Position numbers and translations under genes: made by a program. Shown here in pieces: positions 48,101 through 61,675 of a stretch of 64,000 bases of DNA. How positions within the stretch are numbered: position 1 is the stretch's first letter; each line of letters begins with the position of its first letter. The notes beneath the pieces are model-generated. The model did not search any database. It worked only from the letters and a program-made list of their open reading frames with translations, and was not told the origin of the DNA. The DNA comes from the human T2T-CHM13v2.0 reference genome, Homo sapiens, in assembly GCF_009914755.1 (NCBI RefSeq), contig NC_060925.1; one strand, written 5' to 3'.

Positions 48101-50339
48101 ATTCTCTAAATGTTTGGCAGAATTCACCAGTGAAGCCATCAGGTCCAGGGATTTTCTTGTTGGGGAAATTTTTGATGACTAATTCAATATCCTTACTATT
48201 TATAGGTCTATTCAGATACTCTGTTTCTTTGTGATTTCATCTTTGTAGGTTTTCCATTTCTAAGTATCTGTCCATTTCATCTAGCTTATCTTATTTGTTG
48301 GTGTATAATTGTTCTTAGTAATCTATTATAATTCCTTTTTTATAGAATTGATAGTAATGTATCTGCTTTCATTACTGATTTTAATAATTTGAGTCTTCTC
48401 TCTTTCTTTCTTAGTCCATTTAGCTAGAGGCTGCTCAATTTTGTTGATTTTTTCCAGAGAACAACCTTTTGGTTTTATTGACTTTCTATATTGTTTTTCT
48501 ATTATCTATTTCATTTCTCTCTGCTCTGTTCTTTATTATTTTCTTCTTTCTACTAGCTTTGGGTTTCATTTGTTCTTATTTTTCTAGTTTCTTAGGTTGT
48601 AAAGTGAGATTGCTAACTTGAGATCTTTCTTATTTTTTAATGTAAGCACTATACATATAAATTTCTCTCTTTACACTACTTTCTTTGTGTCCTATAAGTT
48701 TTGATGTGCTGTGTTTTCATTTTTATTCATCTCTAAGTATTTTCTGTTCCTTAGAATTTCTTCTATGTTCCATTGGCTGTTTAAGAGTGTGTTGCTTAAT
48801 TTCTACAAATTTGTGAGTTTTCCAGCTTTACTTATTTTATTGGTTTCTAACTTCATTCCATTGTAGTTAAAAAAAATTTGCTTGATATCTATCATTCATT
48901 TTTTAAATATTTTGTGACTTAATATATAGTCTACGCTAGAAAATGTCCTATGTGCACTGGAGAAGAATGTATATGCTATTGTTGTAGGGTAGAGTGTTCC
49001 ATATATATCTGTTAGATCCAATTGGTTTATTGCTGATTCTTTCTTCCAAATCAAATCTGCCTTTGAATCTCTCTGGAGAGTTTTCACTTCAATTATTGTA
49101 TTTTTCAGCTCCAGAATTTCTTTTTGGTTTCTTTTTATATTTTATAAATATTTTATTAATATTTTGTTCATAAATCATTTTCCTGACTTTCTTCACACCT
49201 TTCTTTAGTTCTTTGAGCATCTTTAAGATAGTTGTTTTAAGGTCTTTGTCTAGCAGATGTGCCATTAGTTATTTTTCAGAGACAGTTTCTGTTGGTTTTT
49301 TTCCCCCTTTGAATTGACCATACTTTCCTATTTCTTTGCACACCTTGTGATTTCTTTGTTGTGGAAACCTGGGCATTTGAATCTAATAATATGGTAACTC
49401 TGGATATCAGATTCTCCCCTTCCACAGGCTTTGCTGTTTTCTGCTACCTTGCTTGTTTTGTGATTGTTGCAGGCTGTCTCTGTGCCAAATATCAGACTGA
49501 AGTGTAAATTTAAGGGCTTATCAGGCCTTTTTTGAGTTTCAGCTTTCCCTGCGCTTGTACAGTCACTTTCTATTTTTCCCCACATATGTAGTTGCTTTTG
49601 AATTTCCTAGTCCTTAATGTGTGGCTCCATAAAAGGAAAAAAAGAAAAAAATGAGGGTGGGGAAAAGAATTAGTGCTGGTAGCCCTTTAATTTCTTTGGA
49701 AAGAAAGCTCAAAGAGGAAGAGTTTACACCAATAGAGAAAGGTGCAACAACAATGTTTACTCAACTTTTTCCCTGCACCTCTGTGATCAGAAGGAGAAAT
49801 AAGCAATTACAGCATAGATTCCTGATATTTGGATGACAGGGTCCTTTTTGCCCACCCCGGCCCCCACAATCTGTGTGCAAGCTGCTCCAGGAACATGTGC
49901 ACAGCTGACTGCCAAAAGGCTGAGGGTAGGAGATAGGTAGCTGCTCTGTGTTGAAGCTGAAATTGACCATAATTAACTGAAAGTATTCTCCAAACTTTTC
50001 CCTGGAAGTTTCAAGCCTTCAATAGGCTCCAGAGTCCCAAAATACTTACATCAGACAGATTCTTCCAGTCCAATTGTTATCTAGATGGGGAGACAAAGTC
50101 CTGGTGATTCCTACTTCATCATATTCCCACAATCCTCCTCTGACATACTATCTGTATTATACTTTAAAGCAAACAAACCTGCTCTGTCTTTCAGAGTGAG
50201 CCACTATCACTATCTTCAAGCCTTGAACATCCCTATATAACCATCCTTGAAAAGATGGTACAGAACCAAAATCTGTCAACATTTCTGCCTGAAAGACATA
50301 CCAAGATGTTACAGATCCCTGCAGAATTGTCTCTTATCA
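45173..50339 (-). mobile_element. ERVL LTR (MER74-like) split into 45173-45490 and ~50145-50339 by an L1
   Basis: ggatgctggcagaagac...gggtcagagacaaagac on the left and catccttgaaaagatgg...gaattgtctcttatca on the right resemble consecutive parts of one recalled consensus. Confidence 0.55.
45497..50142 (-). mobile_element. Long old L1MB-type element (~4.6 kb: 3'UTR, ORF2 remnant, ORF1 fragment, 5' region)
   Basis: L1MB 3' end (accatttttaagtgcacagttctg). Endonuclease peptide NQLDLTDIYGTLYPTT..YTFFSSAHRTFS on the minus strand. Confidence 0.85.
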
Positions 50340-50518
50340 TAGTCCAACTCTCTTCTATTAATTCCAGACCCACATATACAGTTTTCTACTTGATACACCA
50401 CCAGGATATCATAAAGGCATTTCAAACTTAGATTGCCACAGTGAACTCAGAAGATTATTTCATAATTCACTTTTCCTTTGATTTTCTATCTTGGTAAATA
50501 ACTACTTATCTAACCCAC

Positions 50519-50920
50519 TGTCTTAGTCTGTTTTGCACTGCCACAACAAAATATCTGAGACGGGGTAGTTTATACGCAATAGAAATTTATTTCTTGAAGT
50601 TCTTGAGTCTAGGAAGATCTAGAGCAGTGCACTAGCAGGTTAAGTTGTCTGGTAAGGGCTGTTCTGTGCTTCCAAGACAGTGCCTTGTTAATGCACCCTA
50701 CATATGGCAGGGATGCTGTGTCTCACATGAAAAAAATGCAACAGGGCAAGAGAGCCAAATGCTTCATGAAGCCTCCTTTATAAAGGCCTTAATCCCATTC
50801 ACAAGAGGAGGATCCCTTGTGACCTAATCACCTTTTAAAGTCTGTACCTCTTAATACCATCACGTTGGCCATTAAGTTTCAAAAACTGAATTTTGGAGGG
50901 GATATATTCAAATCATAGCA
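50519..50920 (-). mobile_element. MST (MaLR) solo LTR within L2 sequence
   Basis: tgtcttagtctgttttgcactgcc ... atattcaaatcatagca. Confidence 0.8.
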
Positions 50921-51574
50921 ATCATCTTGATACGTGGGGGTCATCTACATGTCTGTTCTCTCTCATGCCATCTCCCAGTCCCACTCCTAGCTAATCAGTC
51001 ACCAAACTCACTCAATTTAATCTCATTTGTAGCTTTTATACCTGCCTACTCTTCTCCATAATTATGCTGCTCTCTTAATTAAGGTCCTTAACACCTCTTT
51101 CCTGGATTTTAAAATCCTATTGGTAGGTATCACTCCAGGCCATTCTTCCCACTTCTACCAGATAGTTCTTAATGCTGTTGTCTATAAAATAAAATTCAAA
51201 CCTCTGTGTCACATAATGCTATTTGCCTTCTGGCCCTACCTTCCTTTCTCAGCCTTTTCTCTCCTCTAATTGTATACATTTGTTTAGCTGTCAGCCTCCT
51301 CGTGGTAGAATATGAATTCCTCAATCTCAGGGACCTATTTATTTGACTTTGATTCTGCTAAGAACACAGTGGACGTTGAATACATTTGTACTAGATAAAT
51401 GTTTATTGAGAACCTATTGTGTACAAAGTTGTTTATACTTTGCTTTGTATTTCTTGGATTTGTGTTTTGCTTACATTTATAGGCTAAATTTTAGAAATAA
51501 TAAGAAAACCAAATTTTAGACCAGCTGTCTTATTGAAACTTTAATATTTTCATTTTTGTCATATTTATAGACTT

Positions 51575-51952
51575 TAATTTTTTATTATACTTTAAGTTCT
51601 GGGATACATGTACAGAACATGCAGGTTTGTTAGAGAGGTATACATGTGCCATGCTGGTTTGCTGCACCCATCAACCTGTCATCTGCATTAGGTATTTCTC
51701 CTAATGCTATCCCTCCCCTAGCCCCCCACCCCCAACAAGCCCCGGTGTGTGATGTTCCCCTCCCTGTGTCCATGTGTTCTCATTGTCCACCTCCCACTTA
51801 TGAGTGAGAACATGTGGTGTTTGGTTTTCTGTTCCTGTGTTAGTTTGCTAAGAATGATGGTTTCCAGCTTCATTCATGTCCCTGCAAAGGACGTGAACTC
51901 ATCCTTTTTAATGGCTGCACAGTATTCCATGGTACATATGTGCCACATTTTC
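51575..51952 (-). mobile_element. L1PA (about PA7/8) 3' end
   Basis: tttttattatactttaagttctgggatacatgtacagaacatgcagg ... tgccacattttc. Confidence 0.9.
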
Positions 51953-52030
51953 AAAGAAAGAAGCTACTTATTTTTCAATGTTTCCATTTGCCAAAGGGGA
52001 CATCCTGTAAATAAGAGTTACTAGCCAACC

Positions 52031-52697
52031 AGCTATTTTTACCCAAAAACTAACTATATATATATATAACTGACTATATATATATAAAACTATATATATA
52101 TAACTAACTATAATATGTATATATAACTATATATAACTAACTATAGTTATATAGTTATAACTAACTATATAACTAGTTATAAAAAAATAACTATATATTT
52201 ATAGTTATATAACTATAGTTTTATATACATATAGTTAGTTATATATACATAGTTATATATATAGTTATATATATAGTCAGTTATATATATAGTTAGTTAT
52301 ATATATATATGGTTAGTTATATATAGTTATTTTTACCCAAAACTCACTAAATACATATATATTTAGTTAGTTTTTATACTATAGTTATATATATTTTGTA
52401 CTATAGTTATATATAGTTATATATAGTTGGTTATATATAGTTTCTTAACCCAAAAACTAACTCTCTCTCTCTATATATAACTATATATGCATATATTATA
52501 CATAGAGAGAGTTAGTTTTTGGGTAAAAATAGCTAACTAACTATATATGTATAACTATATATATAGTTATATATATATTTAGTTAGTTTTTGGGTAAAAA
52601 TAAATATATGTAACTAACTATATATAACTATAGTATATATATATATAGTTATATATATTAGTTATAGCAAAACATATATATATATATGTTTTGCTAT
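52031..52697. repeat. Palindromic AT-rich low-complexity block
   Basis: Interleaved taactatata/tatatagtta units in both orientations, plus perfect inverted repeats (see findings). Confidence 0.9.
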
Positions 52698-52713
52698 TGT
52701 TGTTTAATTTATA

Positions 52714-52945
52714 ACAAGATTTCTCAATCTTGGCACTATCCACATGTCCTTGGCAGATAATTCTTTTCTGTGAGGGCGTCTTGTGCATTGTAAGATGCTA
52801 GCAGCATTGCTCCTTTCTATCCATTCAACCCCAGTGGCACCCCCAATCTAGTTTTGACAACCAAAATTATCTCTGGGCATTGCCAAATATCCCAGGAGGA
52901 TTGCAAGAGTGGGATAAATTGCACGCTGTTTGAGAATCAGTGATT
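52714..52945. mobile_element. MER20 (hAT-Charlie)
   Basis: tttctcaatcttggcactat ... tgtgcattgtaagatgctagcagcat ... tttgagaatcagtg. Confidence 0.8.
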
Positions 52946-54345
52946 TAGAGCCACTCTCTGGCACTTTCTAGCTCTCTACAGAGTATTCAAACAGAGTAAA
53001 GATTCTGTACAAGTTTCTGTAACTGATATTTATGAATTAGTAGAAATATACATCCCAGCCAGAAGATAGTGCACTATAGTACCAATGTTTTAAGCTGTTT
53101 CACAGAATATACATACATATTAATGAATGGGATATTTACTGTGTAGAACAAAAGCAGTGAAGGATATGATGCTCCAAAAGCTGCGGTGGTAAACCACATG
53201 GACCATATTAACCATATGACGGTCTTTCTCGAATCATAAAAGAGATTTATACTTTCTCTGCTTTTATAGAATCATCTAGCTGTATACAGAGGGTTATTTT
53301 AAATTGTTTAGAAGATTTTCCTGGCTATTACAATTCTTATGGCACTTTTATTGCCACAGTCAACATTAATTTATGGTAATACTAATAAATGTTTGTAAGT
53401 GTGGTTGATATTTTCCAGGAGGATATTTTCAGAATGATTTTTAACAGCTGAAGTTTGCAAAGGGATTGCCATCATATTGTCCAATTCTTCTTGGTATTTT
53501 GAATAGAAGTGTTAAAAACTGCTGAGATATTATGCCCTAGAAAATGGACTTGAGTGTTGTACAATAACAGCTTTTCATTTGGGTTATGAGTCTTAACATT
53601 CACTTAGAGCATCAACTCCAGTAGTTTCAAATATGCTTATGAGCCATTTGGAATTTTAAAAGCATTCATAAATGAATGCAAACCAGAACAGTTCCAACTG
53701 GTTGGATAAATAATGTACATTTTTAAAATTAAAGTAAAATAATATCAAAATGCATACAGACATTGGTTAAATAGAATAAGTGTCTTTTGAGCCATTCAAA
53801 TAGATTCTTTATCACATTGAGTGGGCCTTTCAGAAATGTTGTTTTTACATTTTATAACAAGTAGCAAAGAGTACACTAGAACTAGCAAATGTCAGGAAGA
53901 GTAGTCAAGATTTCAAATAAGAAGAGGATATTACTATATGATTTTTATGAAGAGTGAAAATCAGAAATCTGTTGCCATTTCATTTTTAAGAAACCTTATT
54001 TATTAAGAACATTAAAGCAAAGATACACAAATGAATGAGAAGCCTTATATTACTTGTGTTCATCAGGCATAGTATTTGGAAAGAATCAAATTATATCACA
54101 CAGACTGAAAGTTAATTAATAGCTGCTTTTTAAACTTTCTTATATTTCAGACTTTATAACTAAAAATATCAAATACTCTTATTTTTCAAAATCAAAATTG
54201 TCCTATTCACCTCCCGTCCTGCCACAATTCAAGAATCCTAAGGTCTGTGAGAACCACTCTGCCACTTCTCACCAAGGTCTTCATGGTCCTTTCAGCACAT
54301 TTGTGTGCTTTACTTCTATGCCAGGTATGAATGAACACGGGAATC

Positions 54346-54646
54346 TTTTTTTTTTTTTTTTTTGAGATGGAGTCATGCCCTGTTGCCCAAGCTGGAGCGC
54401 AGTGACATGATCTCGGCTCACTGCAACCTCCACCTCCCAGGTTCAAGCAATTCTCTGCCTCAGCCTCCTGAGTAGCTGGAATTACAGGTGGCCGCCACCA
54501 CGCCCGGCTAATTTTTTGTATTTTTTTTAGTAGAGACGGGGTTTCACCATCTTGGCCAGTCTGGTCTTGAACTCCTGATCTCATGATCCAGCCACCTCGG
54601 CCTCCCAAAGTTCTGGGATTACAGGCCTGAGCCACCGCTCCCAGCC
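54346..54646 (-). mobile_element. AluS
   Basis: Full dimer with TSD gaatcttt. Confidence 0.93.
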
Positions 54647-55304
54647 AGAATCTTTATCAAGAATCCTGACCTCCCTGGGCACATGAGCAGCCTTCACTCT
54701 TTGAAGTCATACCTGGCCCTAGCATGATGGTATAAATAGGAAACACAGCCCCTTTACTGATCCCATAATACCTGTGTCCTTCGAGGCTCAGGGTCTGGCC
54801 ACCTTCATCATCTTCTCAGATGCCTATTCCCATTTTCTCCTCTTCCTTAGCAGTCCTATGTGATTCTCTAACATGTTAGATAGAAATTTAAAGTTGTTCT
54901 TAATTACTACTGGAGCAAGAGAAGCAAGAACCAGGTTGTTTAGTTGTTCTTCCATTCTTTCTATTTTCCCAAAATGGTGAGAATAAATTGATAATTTTAG
55001 TAGGCTTATAAATTGTCTATTGCCTCTCCACATATTTCTCTACTCCTCACAAAACTTGTGCAACACATGTTACCATTTTGCAGCCCCGGAATGACACTGG
55101 GATCAATCATCTAGCTCTTTGCCCAAGGTTATAAAAGTAGAGGAGGCAGATCTGGGACTGCAACCCAACTCCATGTGAATCAAGCCCCTCAAACTTTGTA
55201 AATGTTTCAAATGAGATTAATGAGTCAATGATGACAATGTCCTATTATTAAATTTAACCTTAGATAACTATACAATAGTAATTTCAATCCCAGTTTTTGG
55301 TGTC

Positions 55305-55797
55305 TATGATAGGAAAAGTAATGGTCCCACAGGACGACCACACCTTAATGCCCTGGACCTGTGAATATGTCAGGTTACAGGGCCAATGGGAATTTAGGTG
55401 GCAGATAGAATTAGGGTTTTTCATCGGCTGACCTTGAGAGGCCTAGTTTGTCCTGGATTATTTGGGCAGTCCCAGTTTAATCACAAGAGTCCTTAAATGT
55501 AGAAGACGGCGGCAGAAGAGTATTAGAGTGGTGTGAGAGGGACTCAACTGACCATTGCTGGTTGTAAAGACGGAAAAGGGACCACAAACCAAGGAACACA
55601 AGCAGCCTCTGGAATCTGGGAAAGGCAAGAAAACAGAAGTTCCCCCTAGATATCTAGAAAGAGTGCAGCCCTGATAACACCTTTATTTTGGCCCAGTGAG
55701 TCCCATTCTGCACTTCAGAACTAGAGAACTGTAAGATTATAGTTTTAACCACTTCATCTGTGGTAACTTGTTACAGAAGCTATGCAAAATTGATACA
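55305..55797 (+). mobile_element. MLT1D-like solo LTR
   Basis: acctgtgaatatgt and the terminal ttgttacagaagc...tgataca. 5-bp TSD gtgtc (55300-55304 / 55798-55802). Confidence 0.85.
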
Positions 55798-55958
55798 GTG
55801 TCTATATCAATTTTATGTTTTCAAAACATTCTAAACACAATTAACATTTGCTAATAAACCAGAACAAAACCAAAGAAGTTAATATTCCATTATCTTTAAG
55901 AAATTTTTTTGTCCAAGGCTGTCCTAAAACCACAAATCCAAAGTTTCCAGTTTTGGTG

Positions 55959-56253
55959 TTTTTTTTTTTTTTTGAGACAGAGTGTCGCTCTTTCACCCAG
56001 GCTGGAGTGCAGTGGCGGGATCTCGGCTCACTGCAAGCTCTGCCTCCCGGGTTCACGCCATTCTCCTGCCTCAGCCTCCGAGTAGCTGGGACTACAGGCG
56101 CCCGCCACCGCGCCTGGCTAATTTTTTGTATTTTTGGTAGAGACAGGGTTTCACCGTGTTAGCCAGGATGGTCTCGATCTCCTGACCTCGTGATCCGCCC
56201 GCCTCGGCCTCCCAAAGTGCTGGGATTACAGGAGTGAGCCACCGCGCCCGGCC
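55959..56253 (-). mobile_element. AluY
   Basis: CpG-rich young Alu with a 16-bp TSD caaagtttccagtttt (55939-55954 / 56254-56269). Confidence 0.96.
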
Positions 56254-56921
56254 CAAAGTTTCCAGTTTTTCTTTCTTTCTATTTATTCAAGTATATAGTT
56301 ATTCAATCAACAATTATTTATTAAGCACCTATTATTAACTTGGTGTTGAGGAGATGGTGGGAAGCAGACAAAGTTTCTGGCCGTCATACATTCAAAAGTC
56401 AATTCATTCAGTGCTCTCTGAGCACTCACCTCATATCCTATTGGTGGCTTGAAATCAGCCATTACAGAAGCATATACACCAGAGAAAACAGTAAGTGACC
56501 CCCAGGCACTGTCAAACATTTCCCAGTACACCCATGCCTGTATACCAAGTACTTGGGGTAAGATGGTGCCTGATCCATAGTTAGCACATAATAAATAATT
56601 GTCAAATGAATAACTGAAAAAGTGAATATAAAATATTTCATAACAACTAATATCACAGGAATAATATCTTAATAGAAAATGCTTTGGGGACTGTTTTGTT
56701 GAAGGAAGAGCCACCTAAGGAAATGCCTTTAAGGAAGTTTTGCCAATAAAATAAATTTCATTGAATGACCTCATTTCCTGTTCTGTCACTGTAGAACCAA
56801 TGAGTTGAATGGTGATTTTTAAAAAGTCTTCCCCCTTTATTTTCACCTTTGTCTCAACTGCAAGTAATTAATTTCTAAAATATCAAGAAACCAAATTATG
56901 CTGTCTAATAGACCAACCCAG

Positions 56922-57278
56922 TGATATAGTTTGGCTGTGTGCCCACCCACATCTCATCTTGAATTGTAACTCCCACAATTCCCACATGTTGTGGGAGGGA
57001 CCCAGTAGGAGGTCATTGAATCATGGGGGCGGGTCTTTCCTGTGCCATTCTCATGATAGTGAATAAGTCTTATGAGATGTGATGGTTTTATAAAGGGGAG
57101 TTTCCCTGCACAAGCTGTCTTCTCTTGACTGCCACCACACCATGTGAGATGTGCCTTTCATCTTCCACCATGATTGTGAGGCCTCTCCAGTCACATGGAA
57201 TTGTGAGTCCATTAAACCTCTTTCTTTTGTAAATTGCCCAGTCTGTCTTTATGAGCAGCATGAAAACGGACTAATACA
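56922..57278 (+). mobile_element. THE1 solo LTR
   Basis: TGATATAGTTTGGCTGTGT ... GGACTAATACA with 5-bp TSD cccag. Confidence 0.93.
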
Positions 57279-57503
57279 CCCAGTATGTAATACCTAGTAT
57301 TTCAGTTGTTTACACTTATCTCCCAATGGTGGTGTTAAAGAGGTTGAGAATGTGTATTCTAATGTTAAGTCTTTAAGTGAGAATGATGGAGAAATAGACT
57401 CTATTTTGTCTCTATTAAAAATAGTCTCTATTTAGAATAGTCTCTATTATTTAGTCAGCCAGTAATGTATATTGGTTGACTAAAAGTAAAATCAAACATA
57501 ATA

Positions 57504-57956
57504 CTGTTGCCCCTTGAATAACATGGCTTTGAACTGTTTTGGTCCACTTACATGCAGATTTTCTTCCACCTCTGCTACCACTGAGACCACAAGACTAATG
57601 TCTCCTCTCCTCCCTTCCCCTCAGCCTACTCAACGTGAAGACCATGAGGAAGAAGACCTTCATGATGATCCACTTCCATAGTAAATATATTCTTTCTTCC
57701 TTATGATTTTCTTAATAATATTTTCTTTTCTCTAGTTTACTACTTTTCTCTAGTTTATCATAAGAATACAGTATATAATACATATAACATACAAAATATG
57801 TGTTAGTTCACGACTTAGGTTACAGGTAAGGCTTCTGGTCAACAGTAGGCAATTAGTAGGTAGTTAAGTTTTGGGGAAGTCAAAAGTTATACACAGATTT
57901 TTTTTACTGCTTGGGGGTCGGCACCCCAACTTCTCACATTGTTCAAGGGTTAACTA
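57504..57956. mobile_element. Tigger2a-like (TcMar) element
   Basis: Terminal inverted repeats ctgttgccccttgaataaca ... ttgttcaagggttaact, preceded by TA. Confidence 0.8.
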
Positions 57957-58783
57957 CAAGAGTAAAATAAATCCTTATTCTTCCTGTATATCTTAAGACT
58001 TCTTTCCCTTAAATTATTACCTTCTCCAAGAAGATTTCTATAACCCTCTAGGAGAAAAAAATGGGTGTTCCTCTCCCCCAGGCTTCTATGGCATAATGTA
58101 TATGCTCCTATGTGCATGATGTGTATTTATCATATACAGAACAATATAATTGCATGTAAGTATCTGTCTCCTCAATGTGAGTAAATAAAATGTAATGACT
58201 TTCTTTGTTTTTATTAATAATTATACACTCAGAGTATAAGGAGTTCAGTAATGTTTGAATTTGTGGTCAAACTAGTACATTAATGGATTAATTAATAGTC
58301 CTTTATGTCTTAAAGGTAAACCCAAGACTTTTATAGAAGTAAACAACTAAGAAAAAAAAATAGAAGAACACAGATTTTTTTGAGGCCAAACCAATGCCAA
58401 TTGTTCTTCAGATTTAATGAAGAGTTGTCCAATGAACACAGGGTGTTTGGTATTTGTTCCAAGGCATGAGGGAGAACAGGGATACTATGTTAACTCTTGT
58501 TGAAAGTTCAATGACAAATGAGTAGAAACAGGATTTCTCCAACATGTATTGAATAGCCAACACTTCTAGTAAACAAGCATCTGGTTGAGATGTTTTAGAA
58601 TCTCTATGGAAAGGTTATGTCCACTTAAATTCCAGGACTCAGTAATGTTTCAGCACATTTTACTTAGGAACTACTTATACCCATGTTTATTGTTTGAATA
58701 TATGTCATTCAGGAATTGTTTGACTCATTTATATTTAAGCACAATTAGATACAATCAGTAGAAAGATCAAACGTACATTTTCA

Positions 58784-59091
<308 letters not shown>

Positions 59092-60540
59092 GACCCCACA
59101 AAATGCAGAGAATAAACAGCTGAACTGGTTTACTGCCCTCTGCATTTTCTTGAGTAGATGTTACAGATGCATCATTTGCTGTGTCCTTTGGTTTCTTCCA
59201 AATCACAGCAGCCAATCAATGCATATTCCTCCTCTCAGTCCCTTTGGTGCTATTGAACAGAAATAAGTGCAACTCTCCACTTCAGTGAGCTGGGCTGGGG
59301 TCCAGGAGAAAGGAAAATCTTGAATTTAGAATTTTGGCTTATCCACTGCTCAGCAAGACATTCCAAAATTTAAAGAAGATGTAACTAACCAACATATGTG
59401 AATAATATAACTGGGGCCTGTTTTCACTGGTCATGAGACACCATACTCAATTGGGGAAATAATCATTTCTGTCTTGTTAGATTTCAGACTGTTTTGCCAT
59501 TACTTGGACATATCTTTTTATTATGTACTATGTATCTTTAAATAAGTATTCCCCATTTTGGTAGTTGTTATTTTAAAACATTTAAATACTAGATTCAATA
59601 ATATTTTGTATAATAACTATGAATTTGGAAAATATGATATTCTATTTGGTAGGGTAATTATTAGTTTTATGCCCATCAGGAAGTAAAGGCTAAATCTCAC
59701 CTGGGCACATGGGCAGGGGAATTCCATGACTGGACACAAGACTTCCTGTTCTAAAGATTCTTTTTAACATCAGCAATTTAACATCAACAATTTGATTAGA
59801 GACTTTTATATCAATTGATTTTTTTGTTTTCATTCATTTAAAAAAATAATTTTGGACTTGTGAAACATTTTGTGATACCATTTTAACTGACTATTATCTT
59901 AAAAATTATAGTTTGTATTTATAAAGACATAATTAAATAGTAAATGCTTTTTCATAAAACTTTCTATAATTTTCTGTATAAAAGAAAACTATATCTTTTT
60001 GTGTTAAAATAGTAAGATAACTGATACAAAACTTAATTAAATTTTAAAACATGGAGGGTGTGTTTGTCTGTGTGTGTGTGGTGAACACTGGGTGTAAGTT
60101 TTCAGGGGCAAACTCCGTTTCATTTCCAATTTCAAGATTTATTTTAGAGGAGAAAAAAAATAAGGAAAAGTAGAGCCTGTTTCTTTAGTTTCACACAGAC
60201 CCAAACTGTGATTGCCTTTGATTCTCAGCAGCTATCAAGGGCATGGTTAAAATATCCTAAAAAACAAGGATTGTGATCTACTTTCATTTTCTTCCCCCAC
60301 AATCTCTCATTCACCCATTCTCCAAATAGTGATTGATTGCCTGACACTCTGCTAAACACTGATAACACTGTAGTGGAGACTGTGTGTTCCGAAAATGACA
60401 AGAGTATTGTCTATTCTACATGCTCTTTTATGATATGACCAGGCCAGGGCTTCCTCGAGAATTCCCTTCCTTCCTGTTCATTGGTCTAGCCTTAGAATTT
60501 GCTTCTAACAAATTGAATGTAGCAGAAATGAAAATGCAAG

Positions 60541-61640
60541 TTTTTTTTTAATTTCACTTTTATTTTAGATATAGGTACATGTGCAGGTTGTGTTATGAGC
60601 ATAGTACCGAATAGGTAGTTTTTAAATCCACACCCTGCTCCCTCCCCCAACCCTCTAGTGGTCCACAGTGCCTATTGTTCCCATGTTTATGTTCATGTGT
60701 GCTCAGTGATTATCTCCCACTTATAAATGAGAACATGTAGTATTTGGTTTTTTGTTCCTGTGTTAATTTGCTTAGGATGCTGGCCTCCAGATCTACCCAT
60801 GTTGCTTCAAAGGACTTGATTTTATTATTTTTTATGGCTGTGTAGTATTCAATGGTGTATATATACCACATTTTCTTTATCCAATCCACCATTGATGAGT
60901 GCCTAGGTCAATTCCATGTCTTTGCTATTGTGGATAGTGTGGTGATGAACACATGAGTCTGTGTGTCTTTCTGGTATAATATTTACCTTTGGGTATATAC
61001 CCAGTTATGGATTGCTGGGTCAAATGGTAGCTTTGTTATAAGTTCTTTGAGAACTTTCCAACCTGCTTTCCAGAGTGGCTGAACAAATTTACATTCCCAC
61101 CAACAGTATATAAGTGTTCCCTTTTCTCTTCAGCCTCACCAGCATCATTAAAGATTTTAATATAAGACCTCAAACTATAAAAATCTTAGAAGAAAACCTA
61201 GGAAATACCTCTCTTGATATTGGCCTCAGCAAATAGTTTTTGACTAGTTCCCCAAAAGCAGTTGCAACAAAAACAAAAATTGACAAATGAGATCTAACTA
61301 AACTAAAGAGCTTCTATATAGCAAAAGGAACTATCAGTAGAGTAAACAGACAGCCTACAGGATGGGAGAAAATATTTGCAAGCTATGCATCTGACAAAGG
61401 TCTAATATCCGCAATCTATAAGGAACTTACATCAACAAACAGAAAATATTTAACCCCACTAAAAATGGACAAAGGACATGAACAGACACTTTTCAAAAGA
61501 AAACATGTAAGAAACCAACAAACATAAAGAAATGCTCATCACCATCATCCCATCATCACTATTCAGAGAAATGCAGATCAAAACCACAGTGAGATACCAT
61601 TTCATACTGGTCAGAATGGCTATCATTAAGAAGCCAAAAA
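60541..61640 (-). mobile_element. 5'-inverted L1PA/PB: 3' end 60541-61146 (-), inverted ORF2 piece 61147-61640 (+)
   Basis: Minus-strand peptide MVDWIKKMWYIYTIEYY. Plus-strand ORF2 sequence. Degenerate TSD aaaatgcaagtttttt / aaaatccaggtttttt. Confidence 0.85.
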
Positions 61641-61675
61641 TCCAGGTTTTTTGAGGCCCGGTCAGAAAATATCCT

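Noticed and set aside
54207-54635. 142-aa ORF and similar Alu-derived ORFs elsewhere
   Set aside because: These are translations of Alu sequence with no independent coding evidence.
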